Virus record (IMG/VR): IMGVR_UViG_3300021090_000723
Coordinates: 40,904-104,903 of that record
DNA: 64,000 nucleotides
Reading direction: 5' to 3' (one strand)
DNA from: a virus
A model generated the notes under the pieces. It worked only from the letters and a program-made list of their open reading frames with translations, searched no databases and had not been told where the DNA came from. The position numbers were made by a program, and so were the translations under genes. Every line of letters starts with the position of its first letter. The stretch's first letter is position 1. This document shows positions 1 through 10,400 of this stretch, one piece after another.

Positions 1-1
1 C

Positions 2-541
2 ATGTGCCAGATGCTGAACGCGATGCGCTTCAGCGAGGTCGAGATCTGGGACGTTCACAGTCCGGTGTCGCTTGCGCTCCTCGATCGCGTCAGGAACATC
101 CAGGCATCCCGCTTCGTCGATCGCATCGTCTACGAGGACCCGCTCAAGTATGTGCTCGTGGCGCCCGATGCTGGCGCGGTCAGCCGCGTTCGGGAGTGCG
201 CCAAGCACCGGGGCATGGCCGTGGTGCGCGCGGACAAGATCAGGGACCCGAAGACGGGCGAGATCACCGATACCGTCGTCTATTCGGACCACATCGTGCA
301 CCACAACTTCCTGATCGTGGACGACATCTGCGATGGCGGCGCTACGTTCATCGCGCTGGCAAAGAAGCTCCGCCCACTGACGGACGGCGCCGTGTTGCTC
401 TATGTGACGCACGGCATCTTCAGCAAGGGCCTGGAGGTCTTCCACGGCCTGATCGACCAGATTTACTGCCCGAACATTTGGCCGGGGGTCTCCATGTCGG
501 GGAACGCCTCGGGGATTCTGTCACCCATAGGAGACGACTGA
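2..541 (+). CDS. PRPP synthetase-like protein (probable Adps of NARP1); 5'-truncated by the window edge
   Basis: PRS motifs VAPDAGA and IVDDICDGGATF, plus YVTHGIFS; TGATG-coupled to the NAMPT-like gene. Confidence 0.9.
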   Translation: MCQMLNAMRFSEVEIWDVHSPVSLALLDRVRNIQASRFVDRIVYEDPLKYVLVAPDAGAVSRVRECAKHRGMAVVRADKIRDPKTGEITDTVVYSDHIVHHNFLIVDDICDGGATFIALAKKLRPLTDGAVLLYVTHGIFSKGLEVFHGLIDQIYCPNIWPGVSMSGNASGILSPIGDD

Positions 542-2034
542 TGCCCTTCGACATCTTCATGCCGCACGCGACCGACTTCTATAAGACCGGCCATATCCGT
601 CAGTACCCGGAGGGCACGTCGTTCGTCTATTCGAACTGGACATGCCGCTCGGACAAGCACGCGCAGGTGCTGCCCGACTTCGACCACAAGGTGGTGTTCT
701 TCGGGCTCCAGGGCGTCTGCGACTGGATGCTGAACCAGCAGTGGCGCCGGTCGTTCTTCAACCGCCCGCTTTCCCAGGTCATCCGGCGGATCGAGAAGCG
801 CATGGACGGCGCGCTCGGCGCAGGCGCCGTCGGCCTGGGGCCGTGGACCGCGCTGCACGGGCTGGGCTATCTGCCGGTCAAGATCAAGGCCGTGCCGGAG
901 GGGAGCCGGGTGAACGTGCGCGTGCCGGTCTTCACGATCCAGAACACGCTCAACGAGTTCTACTGGGTGACGAACTACCTGGAGACCATGCTATCGGCGG
1001 AACTGTGGAAGCAGATGACCACGGCCACGACGGCCTACGAATACCGGCGCCTGCTCACGCGCTTCGCCCAGGCAACCGGTGCTGATCCAGGTTTCGTCCC
1101 CTGGCAGGGCCACGACTTCAGCATGCGGGGCTTGAGCGGGATATCCGACGCCACCCAGAGCGGCGCTGCGCACCTGACCTCGTTCCTGGGCACGGACACG
1201 ATCTCCGCGCTGGACTACGTCGAGGAATTCTACGAGGGGGACGAGACCTTCATCGGCGGGTCCGTGCCGGCTACCGAGCACTCTGTCATGTGCATGGACG
1301 GCGAGGGCAGCGAGATCGACACGTTCCGCCGCCTGATCTGCGAGCTTTACCCCAAGGGCATCGTCTCGATCGTCTCCGACACCTGGGACTTCTGGCGCGT
1401 CATCAACGAATATGCCCGTGAATTGCGGGAGGTAATCCTCAACCGGCAACCCGATGCGACCGGCAACGCCAAGGTGGTCTTCCGCCCCGACAGCGGCGAT
1501 CCGGTCAAGGTGCTGGTCGGCGATCCGTCGGAGCCTTTCGGGTCTCCGGCGTTCAAGGGTGCGGTCGAGTGCCTGTGGGATATCTTCGGCGGGACGACGA
1601 ACGCCAAGGCTTATCGCACTCTCGACAAGCATGTCGGGCTGATCTACGGGGACTCGATCAGCCTCCAGCGCGCCCAGGAAATACTCGAGGGCCTGAAGCG
1701 CAAGGGCTTCACGTCCGGCAACGTGGTCTTCGGGCTCGGGTCATATACCTATCAGTATGTTACCAGAGATACGTTCGGCACAGCCATCAAGGCGACGTTC
1801 GGCCGCGTGAAGGGGCAGGACCGCGCCATCGCCAAGAAGCCGAAGACCGACGACGGCGTGAAGTTCTCCGCGCGCGGCCTGCTGCGCGTCGAGCAGGAGC
1901 GCGGCGAATTCGTGCTGCACGAGGACCAGGCCACCGAGCAGGAGGGCCAGGGCGTGCTGGAGACGATGTTCGAGGACGGGATTCTCGTGCGCCGCGAGAA
2001 GTTCTCGGACATTCGCAAGCGCCTCTGGCCGTGA
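541..2034 (+). CDS. Nicotinamide phosphoribosyltransferase-like protein (NAMPT; probable Namat of NARP1)
   Basis: TDFYKTGH, HDFSMRG, SVPATEHSVM, SIVSDTWD, RPDSGDP, LIYGDSI, TRDT and K-SARG motifs; ATG 541 overlaps the upstream stop. Confidence 0.93.
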   Translation: MPFDIFMPHATDFYKTGHIRQYPEGTSFVYSNWTCRSDKHAQVLPDFDHKVVFFGLQGVCDWMLNQQWRRSFFNRPLSQVIRRIEKRMDGALGAGAVGLGPWTALHGLGYLPVKIKAVPEGSRVNVRVPVFTIQNTLNEFYWVTNYLETMLSAELWKQMTTATTAYEYRRLLTRFAQATGADPGFVPWQGHDFSMRGLSGISDATQSGAAHLTSFLGTDTISALDYVEEFYEGDETFIGGSVPATEHSVMCMDGEGSEIDTFRRLICELYPKGIVSIVSDTWDFWRVINEYARELREVILNRQPDATGNAKVVFRPDSGDPVKVLVGDPSEPFGSPAFKGAVECLWDIFGGTTNAKAYRTLDKHVGLIYGDSISLQRAQEILEGLKRKGFTSGNVVFGLGSYTYQYVTRDTFGTAIKATFGRVKGQDRAIAKKPKTDDGVKFSARGLLRVEQERGEFVLHEDQATEQEGQGVLETMFEDGILVRREKFSDIRKRLWP

Positions 2035-2156
2035 ACTGGAATTCCTACTGGGTCCCATCACCATTGCGTCCGCTGTTCGTGCGGTTTAGGCGCTGGTGGT
2101 GGGCCCGCAAGCCGCGGAACGCCCACTATCGCGCGATGAGAAAGAAGCTTCGATGA
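2031..2156 (+). CDS. Small Trp/Arg-rich peptide (41 aa)
   Basis: GTG start overlaps the upstream stop (GTGA) and its stop overlaps the next ATG (ATGA); below the ORF-track length cutoff. Confidence 0.55.
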   Translation: MNWNSYWVPSPLRPLFVRFRRWWWARKPRNAHYRAMRKKLR

Positions 2157-4018
2157 CCCTACCGATCCCAGACGCAGCGCTCGCCCGGCACATCGCGGTC
2201 GTGGGCGAAACCGGAAGCGGCAAGACGCACGACACCAAGGCGGTGATCGAGTATGTCGTGGCGCAGGGCCACCGGGTGTGCGTGCTCGACACGATCAAGT
2301 CCGACTGGTGGGGCATCACGTCGAGCGCCAGCGGGAAGAAGCCCGGCTTGCCGTTCACGATCCTGGGCGGTCCGCGCGGGCACGTGCCCCTTCTGGCGAA
2401 CTCCGGCAAGGCCATCGGCCAGCTGGTCGGCGAGGGCAAGCTCCGGCTCTCGATCATCGATATGGCGGACTTCGAGCCGGGCGGGCCCCAGCGATTCTTC
2501 GAACACTTCGCGCAGTCGCTGTGGAAACACATCAAGGGCGTCGTCTACCTCGTGATCGAGGAAGCCCACGAGATTGCGCCGAAGGAACGGGCCGGATTCG
2601 AGAAAGAGAACATGGCCATCCACTGGGCGAAGAAGCTCGCGACCGGGAGCCGGAGCAAGGGCATCCGCCTGATTATCGCCTCGCAGCGGACCCAGGCGGT
2701 GCACAATGCGCTGCTCGGCAGCTGCAAAACGCTGATGGCGCACAGCCTATCGCTGCCGGCGGATCAGAAGCCGATCATCGACTGGCTGAAGGCGAACGTC
2801 CGCGACGGCAGGCTCCGCGACAACATCGAGCGCGACCTGGCGTTTCTGCCGACCGGCACGGCCTGGGTGTGCAGCGCCAAGGACGAGTTCTTCAAGAAGG
2901 TCCATTTCCCGAAGATCGAGACATTCGACAATACGGCCACGCCAGATTTGGATGCCGACGAAGTCGAGGTTGAGACGGCGCCGGTCGATCACGAGGAACT
3001 CAAGGCCATCATCGGCGAGGCGGTCAAGGAGGCCCTGGCGAACGACCCGAAGGCGCTCAAGGCAGAGATCGCCAAGCTGAGGATCGAGCTTGCGAAGAAA
3101 CCGGGCGTGTCCATTTCTTCGCCCTCAAATGAGGCGGCAAAAACGAACATGGCCGCACTGCGGGCCGAACTCCAGAAGGGTGTGGACGAGGGCTACGGCC
3201 ACGGCTTTGGCCGCGGCTATGCCGAGGGCCTGATGGATGGCTACAAGAACGCCGCAACCGAGATCGGCGTGGCCCACCAGGATCTGGCGCGCCGGGCATC
3301 CGATGCGGTCGCGCGCTACAAGGAGATCGAGAGGGCGCAACGATCGCGCTTCGGCCAACACAAGCGGGTTCCCGAAACCCCCGTTCCAGCACAAGCGCCG
3401 TACACAAAGCCGGCTCCGGTGATCGACGCCAAGGACGGGTTCGCCCCATCCCTCACGACGCGCCCAGATTTCCAGGAGGCGCAGCGGCAAGAGACCGCCC
3501 GGATACGTGGCCTGCTTCAGAACGGGGAGGTTCAGATCACTGGCGCGGGCCAGCGCATCCTCGATGGTCTGGCGGAGCTCGAAGCGCTTGGCGTCAGCCA
3601 GGCGCCGCGCGTGCTGGTCGCGTTCCTCGCGGGCTATTCCCACCTACAGAGCAAGGGCTTCGTCAACGCGATCGGCGCGATCCGCTCGGCGGGGATGGTC
3701 GAATATACCGGGGATGGCGCGGTCTTCCTGACCGATGCCGGCCGCGTCGCCGCCCATCCGCCGGAGGTGGCGCTCACGACGCAGGACGTCCAGAAGCGCA
3801 TCATGGATCTGCTCGGTGGCGCGTCGTCCAAGATCCTTGCGCCGCTGATCGAGGCCTACCCCGACAGCCTGCCACGCGAAGAGGTCGCGCAGCACGCCGG
3901 ATACGGGCACCTTGGGAGCAAGGGGTTCGTGAACGCGCTGGGCCGGATGAAGACGCTCGGGTTCGTGGAATACCCGCAGCAAGGCCGCGTCCGCGCGAGC
4001 GATCTGCTATTTCCATAG
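2153..4018 (+). CDS. HerA/FtsK-like (DUF87) ATPase with coiled coil and tandem C-terminal wHTH-like repeats
   Basis: Walker A GETGSGKT, Walker B VIEEAHE, IIASQR; two AGY-H--SKGFVNA-G-----G-VEY repeats. Confidence 0.8.
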   Translation: MTLPIPDAALARHIAVVGETGSGKTHDTKAVIEYVVAQGHRVCVLDTIKSDWWGITSSASGKKPGLPFTILGGPRGHVPLLANSGKAIGQLVGEGKLRLSIIDMADFEPGGPQRFFEHFAQSLWKHIKGVVYLVIEEAHEIAPKERAGFEKENMAIHWAKKLATGSRSKGIRLIIASQRTQAVHNALLGSCKTLMAHSLSLPADQKPIIDWLKANVRDGRLRDNIERDLAFLPTGTAWVCSAKDEFFKKVHFPKIETFDNTATPDLDADEVEVETAPVDHEELKAIIGEAVKEALANDPKALKAEIAKLRIELAKKPGVSISSPSNEAAKTNMAALRAELQKGVDEGYGHGFGRGYAEGLMDGYKNAATEIGVAHQDLARRASDAVARYKEIERAQRSRFGQHKRVPETPVPAQAPYTKPAPVIDAKDGFAPSLTTRPDFQEAQRQETARIRGLLQNGEVQITGAGQRILDGLAELEALGVSQAPRVLVAFLAGYSHLQSKGFVNAIGAIRSAGMVEYTGDGAVFLTDAGRVAAHPPEVALTTQDVQKRIMDLLGGASSKILAPLIEAYPDSLPREEVAQHAGYGHLGSKGFVNALGRMKTLGFVEYPQQGRVRASDLLFP

Positions 4019-4027
4019 GAGGACCGC

Positions 4028-4345
4028 ATGGTTGTTGACCTGAAGAAGCACGCCGAGCCCCGCTGTGGGAACTGCAAGCATGCCACCCCGCGCGATGGTG
4101 GTGATCCGGAGAAGAAGGGCTATCTCTGCCGCCGCTTCCCGCCCCAGGTGCAGCTGGTCCCGCTGTGCCCGGCGGTGATCCTGCCATACGTGCTCGAGAT
4201 CGCCCCGGCGCCGGCGGCGCTGAAGGAGGCGGTCGCCGAGTTCAAGGGACTGCCGGTCTTCTACCCCCTGGTCAACTTCCCAGGCGTGGCGGGCGGCGAT
4301 GTGTGTGGAGAGCACACCCCGGCACTTATGAGGGCGATGAACTGA
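4028..4345 (+). CDS. Cys-rich hypothetical protein
   Basis: AGGAGG RBS; CGNC...CRRFPP...CGEH. Confidence 0.75.
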   Translation: MVVDLKKHAEPRCGNCKHATPRDGGDPEKKGYLCRRFPPQVQLVPLCPAVILPYVLEIAPAPAALKEAVAEFKGLPVFYPLVNFPGVAGGDVCGEHTPALMRAMN

Positions 4346-4623
4346 TGCCCGAGCCATGGTCGAAAGACAAACGCGCCCAGGTCGCGCGCAAGGTCACCAA
4401 GGAGGCGGCGCGCGCGGCCGGACGGCTGGGCGCGAAGGCGGTGATGATGATCGCGTTCTTCCCGGAGGGCCGGGAGCATTTCCACATCATCGAAGGTGGT
4501 GTAATGCCTGGGTCGTCGGATGCGACATCGCCTCAAGACGCCAAGCGCAAGTTCTACCTGCAAATGGCGTCGATGTGCGAAGTGCTCGACCAGAACGACG
4601 GGGAAGACGTCGCACTGAACTGA
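4345..4623 (+). CDS. Hypothetical protein
   Basis: TGATG coupling to the upstream gene. Confidence 0.7.
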   Translation: MPEPWSKDKRAQVARKVTKEAARAAGRLGAKAVMMIAFFPEGREHFHIIEGGVMPGSSDATSPQDAKRKFYLQMASMCEVLDQNDGEDVALN

Positions 4624-4677
4624 AAGGATGGTGATGGATAACACGCAGTCGCAAAGAAGGAATTCAGCGAAATGCTA

Positions 4678-4707
4678 GAGCCCCGGGGGTCCTTTTACCC
4701 GGGGCTC
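4678..4707. terminator. GC-rich intergenic hairpin
   Basis: GAGCCCCGGG...CCCGGGGCTC inverted repeat; no U-tract. Confidence 0.45.
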
Positions 4708-4724
4708 ACTCACCGGAGGAACCC

Positions 4725-4967
4725 ATGCCATTTCCCAAGATTGACGACATCAAGCGCGGCGACAAGCTGATCGCCGATGGCGGCTTCACTTGCATCGATG
4801 AAGACGAAGTCCTCGAAGTCATGGAGGATGAGGGCGGCCTCTACGTGTTCTGCCGCGGCGAGGACGGGCTCCACGGGCCCGGCAATCACCACTACCTGGA
4901 AGGTCAGGTCGATGACGACGACGGCGCGTGCGTAGGCTTCAAGTTCGCCCCGAAGGTCACTGCGTAA
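4725..4967 (+). CDS. Acidic hypothetical protein
   Basis: GGAGGA RBS; 80-aa ORF. Confidence 0.75.
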   Translation: MPFPKIDDIKRGDKLIADGGFTCIDEDEVLEVMEDEGGLYVFCRGEDGLHGPGNHHYLEGQVDDDDGACVGFKFAPKVTA

Positions 4968-5370
4968 CCAGGTGCAGCCAGAAGCCAGTGCTACCGATCA
5001 CGGCGATCGCCACAAGGTAGGCCGCCGAGTTGAGCGCCACGCGCCGCACCGGCACATCGAACCGGAAGGCGGCCCAAGCAGTCAACGCGAGATAGTGGGC
5101 CACCGTGATAACCACGATCCCGATGAACACGGTGCTGATCGAGCCATGGAACTCGCCTGGCATCGCGATCATGATGTAGCCGCTGTTGATGTTCGTGAAC
5201 CCCGCGCCCAGCGCGAAGAGCCAGACGGCGGCGCCCAGGCGGTCCTCCGTCCCTCGGCCATGGAGGAATTCATAGATCCGCGCTGAAAAGCCGTAGACCA
5301 CGCCCAAGGTCAGCGCCATCAAGACGCACCTTAAGCCGAACAGGGCCACCAGCATGCTAGTTGTCACCAT
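4957..5370 (-). CDS. Four-TM membrane protein at the end of the lysis cassette (holin/antiholin candidate)
   Basis: Four hydrophobic segments; position. Confidence 0.6.
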   Translation of the reverse strand: MVTTSMLVALFGLRCVLMALTLGVVYGFSARIYEFLHGRGTEDRLGAAVWLFALGAGFTNINSGYIMIAMPGEFHGSISTVFIGIVVITVAHYLALTAWAAFRFDVPVRRVALNSAAYLVAIAVIGSTGFWLHLVTQ

Positions 5371-5539
5371 TGCCGCCTAAGGCCTCCCTGAGCATCTTCC
5401 GTTCGCGGATGCGCCGGATGTCTTCTACGAGCTCATCCTTCTGCCGCTCGACGGAGTGCACGATGCGATCGAGGGATTGCTCCTTCTGGGCCTCCTGGGC
5501 CAACTCCCCCGCGGTCTTCCGTTTGAAGATGCTGAACAT
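5357..5539 (-). CDS. Small coiled-coil protein (MFSIFKRK...)
   Basis: Fills the gap between the flanking genes. Confidence 0.6.
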   Translation of the reverse strand: MFSIFKRKTAGELAQEAQKEQSLDRIVHSVERQKDELVEDIRRIRERKMLREALGGNGDN

Positions 5540-5544
5540 CGATC

Positions 5545-5748
5545 TCAGCCTTTCACTGCGGCTCTGAGTTCCGCGAGAACCTGAGCCGTTGACGACCCCA
5601 AAGAGATAACCTGATCGGTCAGCTTTTCGATCCGAGCGTCCTTCTGCTCGATGACCCTCTGCTGGGTCCGGATGATCCACCACGCGAGCACTGCCGCTGG
5701 CGCGAACGCGCCGAGAGACGGCAGGATCGTTTGAAAAATTTGGTCCAT
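5545..5748 (-). CDS. Single-TM plus coiled-coil protein, holin candidate
   Basis: N-terminal TM segment followed by a coiled coil; lysis context. Confidence 0.6.
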   Translation of the reverse strand: MDQIFQTILPSLGAFAPAAVLAWWIIRTQQRVIEQKDARIEKLTDQVISLGSSTAQVLAELRAAVKG

Positions 5749-5751
5749 TAC

Positions 5752-6060
5752 TCACTCCCTCGAACACGCCTGGATCTGGATTTCGTCGAGGGCAAGCCAC
5801 GTCCGGTAAATCCCCCGCGCGGCCCTGTAGATTTTTCCAAGCGTTTCGAAGTCGCCATCGGGCACTGCGGCGAGGTCTTCGTCATCGTCAGGCAAGTCTT
5901 GAGTGCGCGGCGGCCGGCGGTCGGGGCAGACCCGCTGCTCGACGCGGGGGACCTCCACGCGGATGACCTCCGCGGGCGGGCGTTCGGGCGTCGGCGGGGT
6001 TTGGCAGGCCGCTGATGCAAAAACGGCCGCAATTATGCAGAACCTATGCAAATTATTCAC
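5752..6060 (-). CDS. Outer-membrane spanin-like lipoprotein (Rz1-like)
   Basis: Lipobox IIAAVFASAAC; Pro-rich; GTGA overlap with the i-spanin stop. Confidence 0.75.
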   Translation of the reverse strand: MNNLHRFCIIAAVFASAACQTPPTPERPPAEVIRVEVPRVEQRVCPDRRPPRTQDLPDDDEDLAAVPDGDFETLGKIYRAARGIYRTWLALDEIQIQACSRE

Positions 6061-6500
6061 GGCAAGGCCCCCCGGAGATACTTCTCGCCCGCGGAACATG
6101 AAGCGAGCGTGCCTGGGGTGGTCACCGTCGGGCGGGCCAGGATCAGGGCGGAGTTATCGAGCGCACCCTTGGCCTGCTTGGCCGTGGCCGCCATGCTCTT
6201 CTGAAGCCCCTCGTCCCTGGCCTTATCGCCGTCCTCGCGGTCCTTGGCGTTCTTGTCGACGTCGGCGATGGCCTCGCGCAGGCCGGTGGTGTTCGTCAGG
6301 CACTGGGTGACCTGGCGGGTGTAGCCGGTGTCCGGGTTCTCGATCCGCTCCTTGTAGCTGTCGCGATCTGCTTCAATTAACGAGATCCGCCAGGACCACA
6401 CGCCCCACTGCACGGCGTTCCCGATGAGCGCACCGAGGGCAATGATGCCGAAGAGCGGACCAGCGATTGGCCCGATGAAGAACTTCAGCAGCGCAGTCAT
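6057..6500 (-). CDS. Inner-membrane spanin-like protein (Rz-like)
   Basis: N-terminal TM, periplasmic coiled coil with Cys residues; directly upstream of the lipoprotein. Confidence 0.7.
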   Translation of the reverse strand: MTALLKFFIGPIAGPLFGIIALGALIGNAVQWGVWSWRISLIEADRDSYKERIENPDTGYTRQVTQCLTNTTGLREAIADVDKNAKDREDGDKARDEGLQKSMAATAKQAKGALDNSALILARPTVTTPGTLASCSAGEKYLRGALP

Positions 6501-6718
6501 CCGGGGATGAGCTTCGCCACCGCAATGGCGCCCGCGAGCAGGCCGACACCGACGGCGGCGCCGACGATGGGCCCAACGGTCGCGACGGCCGTGGTCGTGA
6601 GCGCGCCGATCACAACGCCGCCCCAGAATCCGGTGAGCGGGTGCTTTTTGATGTACTGGCGGAAGAAGCCCCACTCTTCATCGAACTTCTTCTGCGCCTC
6701 ACCTGTGTTCAGCGACAT
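6497..6718 (-). CDS. Small membrane protein (holin candidate)
   Basis: Gly/Ala-rich C-terminal TM segments; between endolysin and spanins. Confidence 0.6.
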   Translation of the reverse strand: MSLNTGEAQKKFDEEWGFFRQYIKKHPLTGFWGGVVIGALTTTAVATVGPIVGAAVGVGLLAGAIAVAKLIPG

Positions 6719-6720
6719 GG

Positions 6721-7266
6721 TCAGACCTCCTTGTTGGGCGAATCGCCGCCCGCGATCATGCCGGTCACGATGTGGACCGGCTTCACTTCCGTTGGCTGGA
6801 GCTTGTAGATCGGACGACGGCAGGCATGGAGCCGCGCCTTCTCCTTCGCGACGATCGTCACGGCATCGCCCTGGTTCCCGCCCAGGCAATAGAAGCGCGT
6901 CTCGTCCTCGCCGACATACAGCGCCACGTGGCCGCCGCCTTGCCGCTGGAACGTGAGCACGTCACCGAGCGATGGCTCCGGCGAGGCCACGCCGAAGGTC
7001 GCCCAGGACAGCGCGCGCAGCGGGACGGCGGGCGGGTTCTTGCCTGCGCGCTTGGCGATCAGCGCCATGAAGAGGCCGCACCACGGGACATCGTCGCCCG
7101 TGTAGCCGGCGTGATCGAGCCCGGTCTCTTTCGCCCACGCCATGATGGTCGGGTTGTTGCCCGGGCCAGGCGTCTCCAGGGTTCCGTAGAGCTTGACGGC
7201 ATGGACGACCATCAAGGGGCCGGTCAGGGCTGCGAGCCACGCGAATTGGGATGGCAGGGTGCTCAA
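6721..7266 (-). CDS. Endolysin, NlpC/P60 (TIGR02594-like) peptidase
   Basis: DDVPWCGLF, GGGHVALYVGED and LGGNQGD motifs. Confidence 0.88.
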   Translation of the reverse strand: MSTLPSQFAWLAALTGPLMVVHAVKLYGTLETPGPGNNPTIMAWAKETGLDHAGYTGDDVPWCGLFMALIAKRAGKNPPAVPLRALSWATFGVASPEPSLGDVLTFQRQGGGHVALYVGEDETRFYCLGGNQGDAVTIVAKEKARLHACRRPIYKLQPTEVKPVHIVTGMIAGGDSPNKEV

Positions 7267-7296
7267 GGCGGCTTTTCCTCACAGGTTTTGAGGGAA

Positions 7297-7337
7297 GCCG
7301 ACGGACGAGCGCCGACGCGAACAATGACAACTTATCA
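7297..7337 (-). promoter_or_regulatory. Extended -10 plus conserved 5' hairpin motif (copy 1)
   Basis: TGATAAGTT followed by GTCGGCG-loop-CGTCGGC, upstream of the endolysin. Confidence 0.55.
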
Positions 7338-7461
7338 GGCCCATGGGACCGTTGGTAGAGGGCGGCGTGATTCGCACCAGGGATGGCGATGCGCCTGTAC
7401 GATTATTGCGTGTGGCTCGTGTTCGGGGGACCGCTTCTTCTCGCGATCCTGGTCGGCCTCA

Positions 7462-10400
7462 TCAAGGTCTTCGCCTAGTCCGCTCCAGATATTCGGCGTT
7501 GAACATGCGGATGATACGTTCTTCCGCCTCGTTCAAGATCCGCACCTGCTCGTTGTAGCGCGGCCTCGCCATCCTGCCCTGCTCCAACGCCATCTTCGCC
7601 TGAGCGCGCGATGCCCTGATCTCGGACAGTTCCGTCCTGGCGTTGTTCGCGTCGTTGTAGAGCGAGAGCATTGCCCGATTCTCCTGGACGAAGCCACGAG
7701 CCTCAGGTCTCCGGCCCTCGCGCTGGTAGTCCCTGGCATAGGCGCGCGACTGCTCGATCTTGTTGATCCGCTCGTAGAACGTCGCCTTGTCGATCCAGGG
7801 CGGCTTGGATGTGACGACGCGGCGCACGAAGGGGATGTCGTTGAACGTGATCGTGCTGGTCGGGTCGGCAAACTTCATGGGCAGATCGAGGAAGTTGCGC
7901 TCGTAGAACGTGCCTGCGGCGCCCCAGGCCACGCCGAACCCATAGTCCAGCCACTCGGGCGAAATCTCGATCAGTCCGGGCTCGACACCCGTTCCGCCCG
8001 AGGCCGTGCTCAGGAAGTCTGTGACCGCTTTGTAGGCGGGCGAGACCGAATTCCAATAGCGCTGGCTGTTCGGGACCTGTGGGCCGTACTGGGACTGCTC
8101 CGGCGCGATCGGCCGCCCGGCATAGTCCTTGTTCATGAAGAGATCGACGACCGGGTCCATGGTGGTGGGCGCGATCATGTTGAGCAGGTTCTGCGCGCCG
8201 CCAACCGGGTTGAACGAGTCCATGATGGTGATCGCGAGGTTGCCGGCCGACTCCAGCGGGTCCTTGCCACGCATAACCTCGGCGATCGAGCGGCCGACGC
8301 CGTAGAAGATGTTGTAGCCGTAGGGCAGCGGGATCTTCGCCGCCACTCCGCCCTCGCTCGGCGTCATGACGATCAGGTTCCGGCTCTTATCGAACGGCGT
8401 CACCTTGTCGTAGAGCAGCTGGCCGTCATCGTCCTCATCGCTGACAAAGGCGTTGAGGAAGTCCAGCAGGAAGCCGGTCAGCACCGCGAACGCTGCAACC
8501 TTGCGCACGCGCGGGGACTTCCAGGCGGTGAGCAACGTCGCGGTGCCTTGGATGCTCGCGTTATAGAACAGGTAGAGGCTGTTCATCAGCGGGCCCCACG
8601 AGCCGCGGCGGTTGAAGTTCACCGTCAGGTTCTTGGCGAGAGACGCCGCCTTCGCCGGGGTGAAGCCACGCTCGCGCGCGTTCTTGTAGGCCGAGAGACG
8701 GATGGCGTTTTCCACCCCGATGTTCGTGTTCTCGATGATGCGGCCGAGCGTCTTCATCGCCATGATCGGGTTGAGCTTGGACGTGCCGATCTCCCGCATC
8801 TGACCGTCCAGGCGCTTCCGTAGCTCGAGCACGTCTTCCATCTGGTTGAAGTAGACGCGCCCGCCGTTCTCGCGGAACTCCTGGGCCCAACGGTCCCACT
8901 CGGCCTGGTCCTTCGCCATCCACGGCATCAGGGTTTTGCCCGGCTCCGCCTTGAACGCGCTGCGGCTCGATGCCACCAGCGCCTTGCGGTAGTCCTTCAC
9001 CGTTCCCTTGGTGATGCCCTTGATGTCGCCGTGCGCCTGGATGTTCGAGAGCGCGGTCTGCGCATCGCGGAAGGCGTTCGTGATGACGAACTCCGGGTTG
9101 AGCGTCGTGTTCACGTGGCTGAGAATCCGGTTGATCGCGCCAAAATTCCGGATCAGCAGGCTGATCTGATCCTGCCCCAGGCCCTTCAGGCCCTGGGCGA
9201 GATCGCGCGCGACCGGGTTGTTGCGGTTGAACGTGATGCGATGCTCTTGCCCGTCGATCTTGGTGGACAACGTGTACGGAGCATCTTCGGCGAGGATGCG
9301 CCGGACCGGCCAGTATTGGACCTCCTGGCGGGCCTTGATCCACACCGGCCGCATCGCGACCTTGTCGACCTTCCAGAAGTTCTCGTTGGGCGCGGCCTTC
9401 GCCAGTTCGTAGATCGCGTTGCCGATACGATTGTTCTCTCCACGGATGATCGCTTCCTCGGCCTGCATGAACGCATAGGCCAGGATGTCACGCGCTGGCG
9501 ACTGACGGCCGAAGGCACGGTGCGATTCCTTGCCCTTGACGTCGAAGCCCTTGCCCGGGCGCGGGCGGTCGGCCTCGACCTCAGGGTCCAGTTCGGCCAC
9601 GCCGCGCAGCGGGACATAGTCGCGATAGGTGGCGCGCCAGGCCTCGGCCTGCTCTTCCGACATAAGACCCGCTTCGACGCGCGTGTTCAGCGCGAAGGCC
9701 AGGACGTCGTCGACCATGCCTGCCAGGGCGTCGAAGTCCGCGCGCCGGCCGGTCTTATCGACCTCGTCCATGATGCCGCGCGCATCTTCATCGCTCATGC
9801 CCGAGCCAGCGATGCCCTCTTCCCGGAACTTCGGGTTGATCTCATTGATCCGCGCGTTGCGTTCCGGCGCGTGCCGGGCATAGAGGAACGTCTCAAGCTC
9901 TTCCCGGCTGATGCCGCGCTCGTGCATGGCGAGCACAAGCGGCCGGATTTGGCGCTCGAACAGATCCTCCAGCTTCGCGCCCTTGCGGCCGGACGACAGT
10001 TCCTCGGCCAGATAGGCGTTCTCTTCCTCCGTGAGCGGACGACCCAGCATCTGCTCGATCGCCGCCTGCATGCGCGCGACCTTGAGATAGCGGTCCTGGA
10101 AGCCCACGCGCCACTTGTCGAACGACGCATTGATGGCGGAGAGCGAAGCGGCGCCCTTCAGCCGCTCCATCAGGGAGAGGTTCGAGTTGCGGAGATAGTC
10201 CACCACGCTCGGCTGCGGGGAGTCGGTGAACATCGTGAAGGCGTTCGCGCCGGGTGGCATGCGGCGGGCGAACAGGCCCTGGCCCTCCATCACGGACTCG
10301 CGCATGGCAGGCGTCACGTCGAGCGAGTGCACGTCGATCACGCCCTGCTTCTTCTGTGGGTGGGTCTCGGCCACGGTCCACGACGGCTCCGATTCCTTGC

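Noticed and set aside
4-540. N-terminal extension of the 676-aa NAMPT ORF
   Set aside because: It overlaps the PRS-like gene out of frame; the real start is ATG 541.
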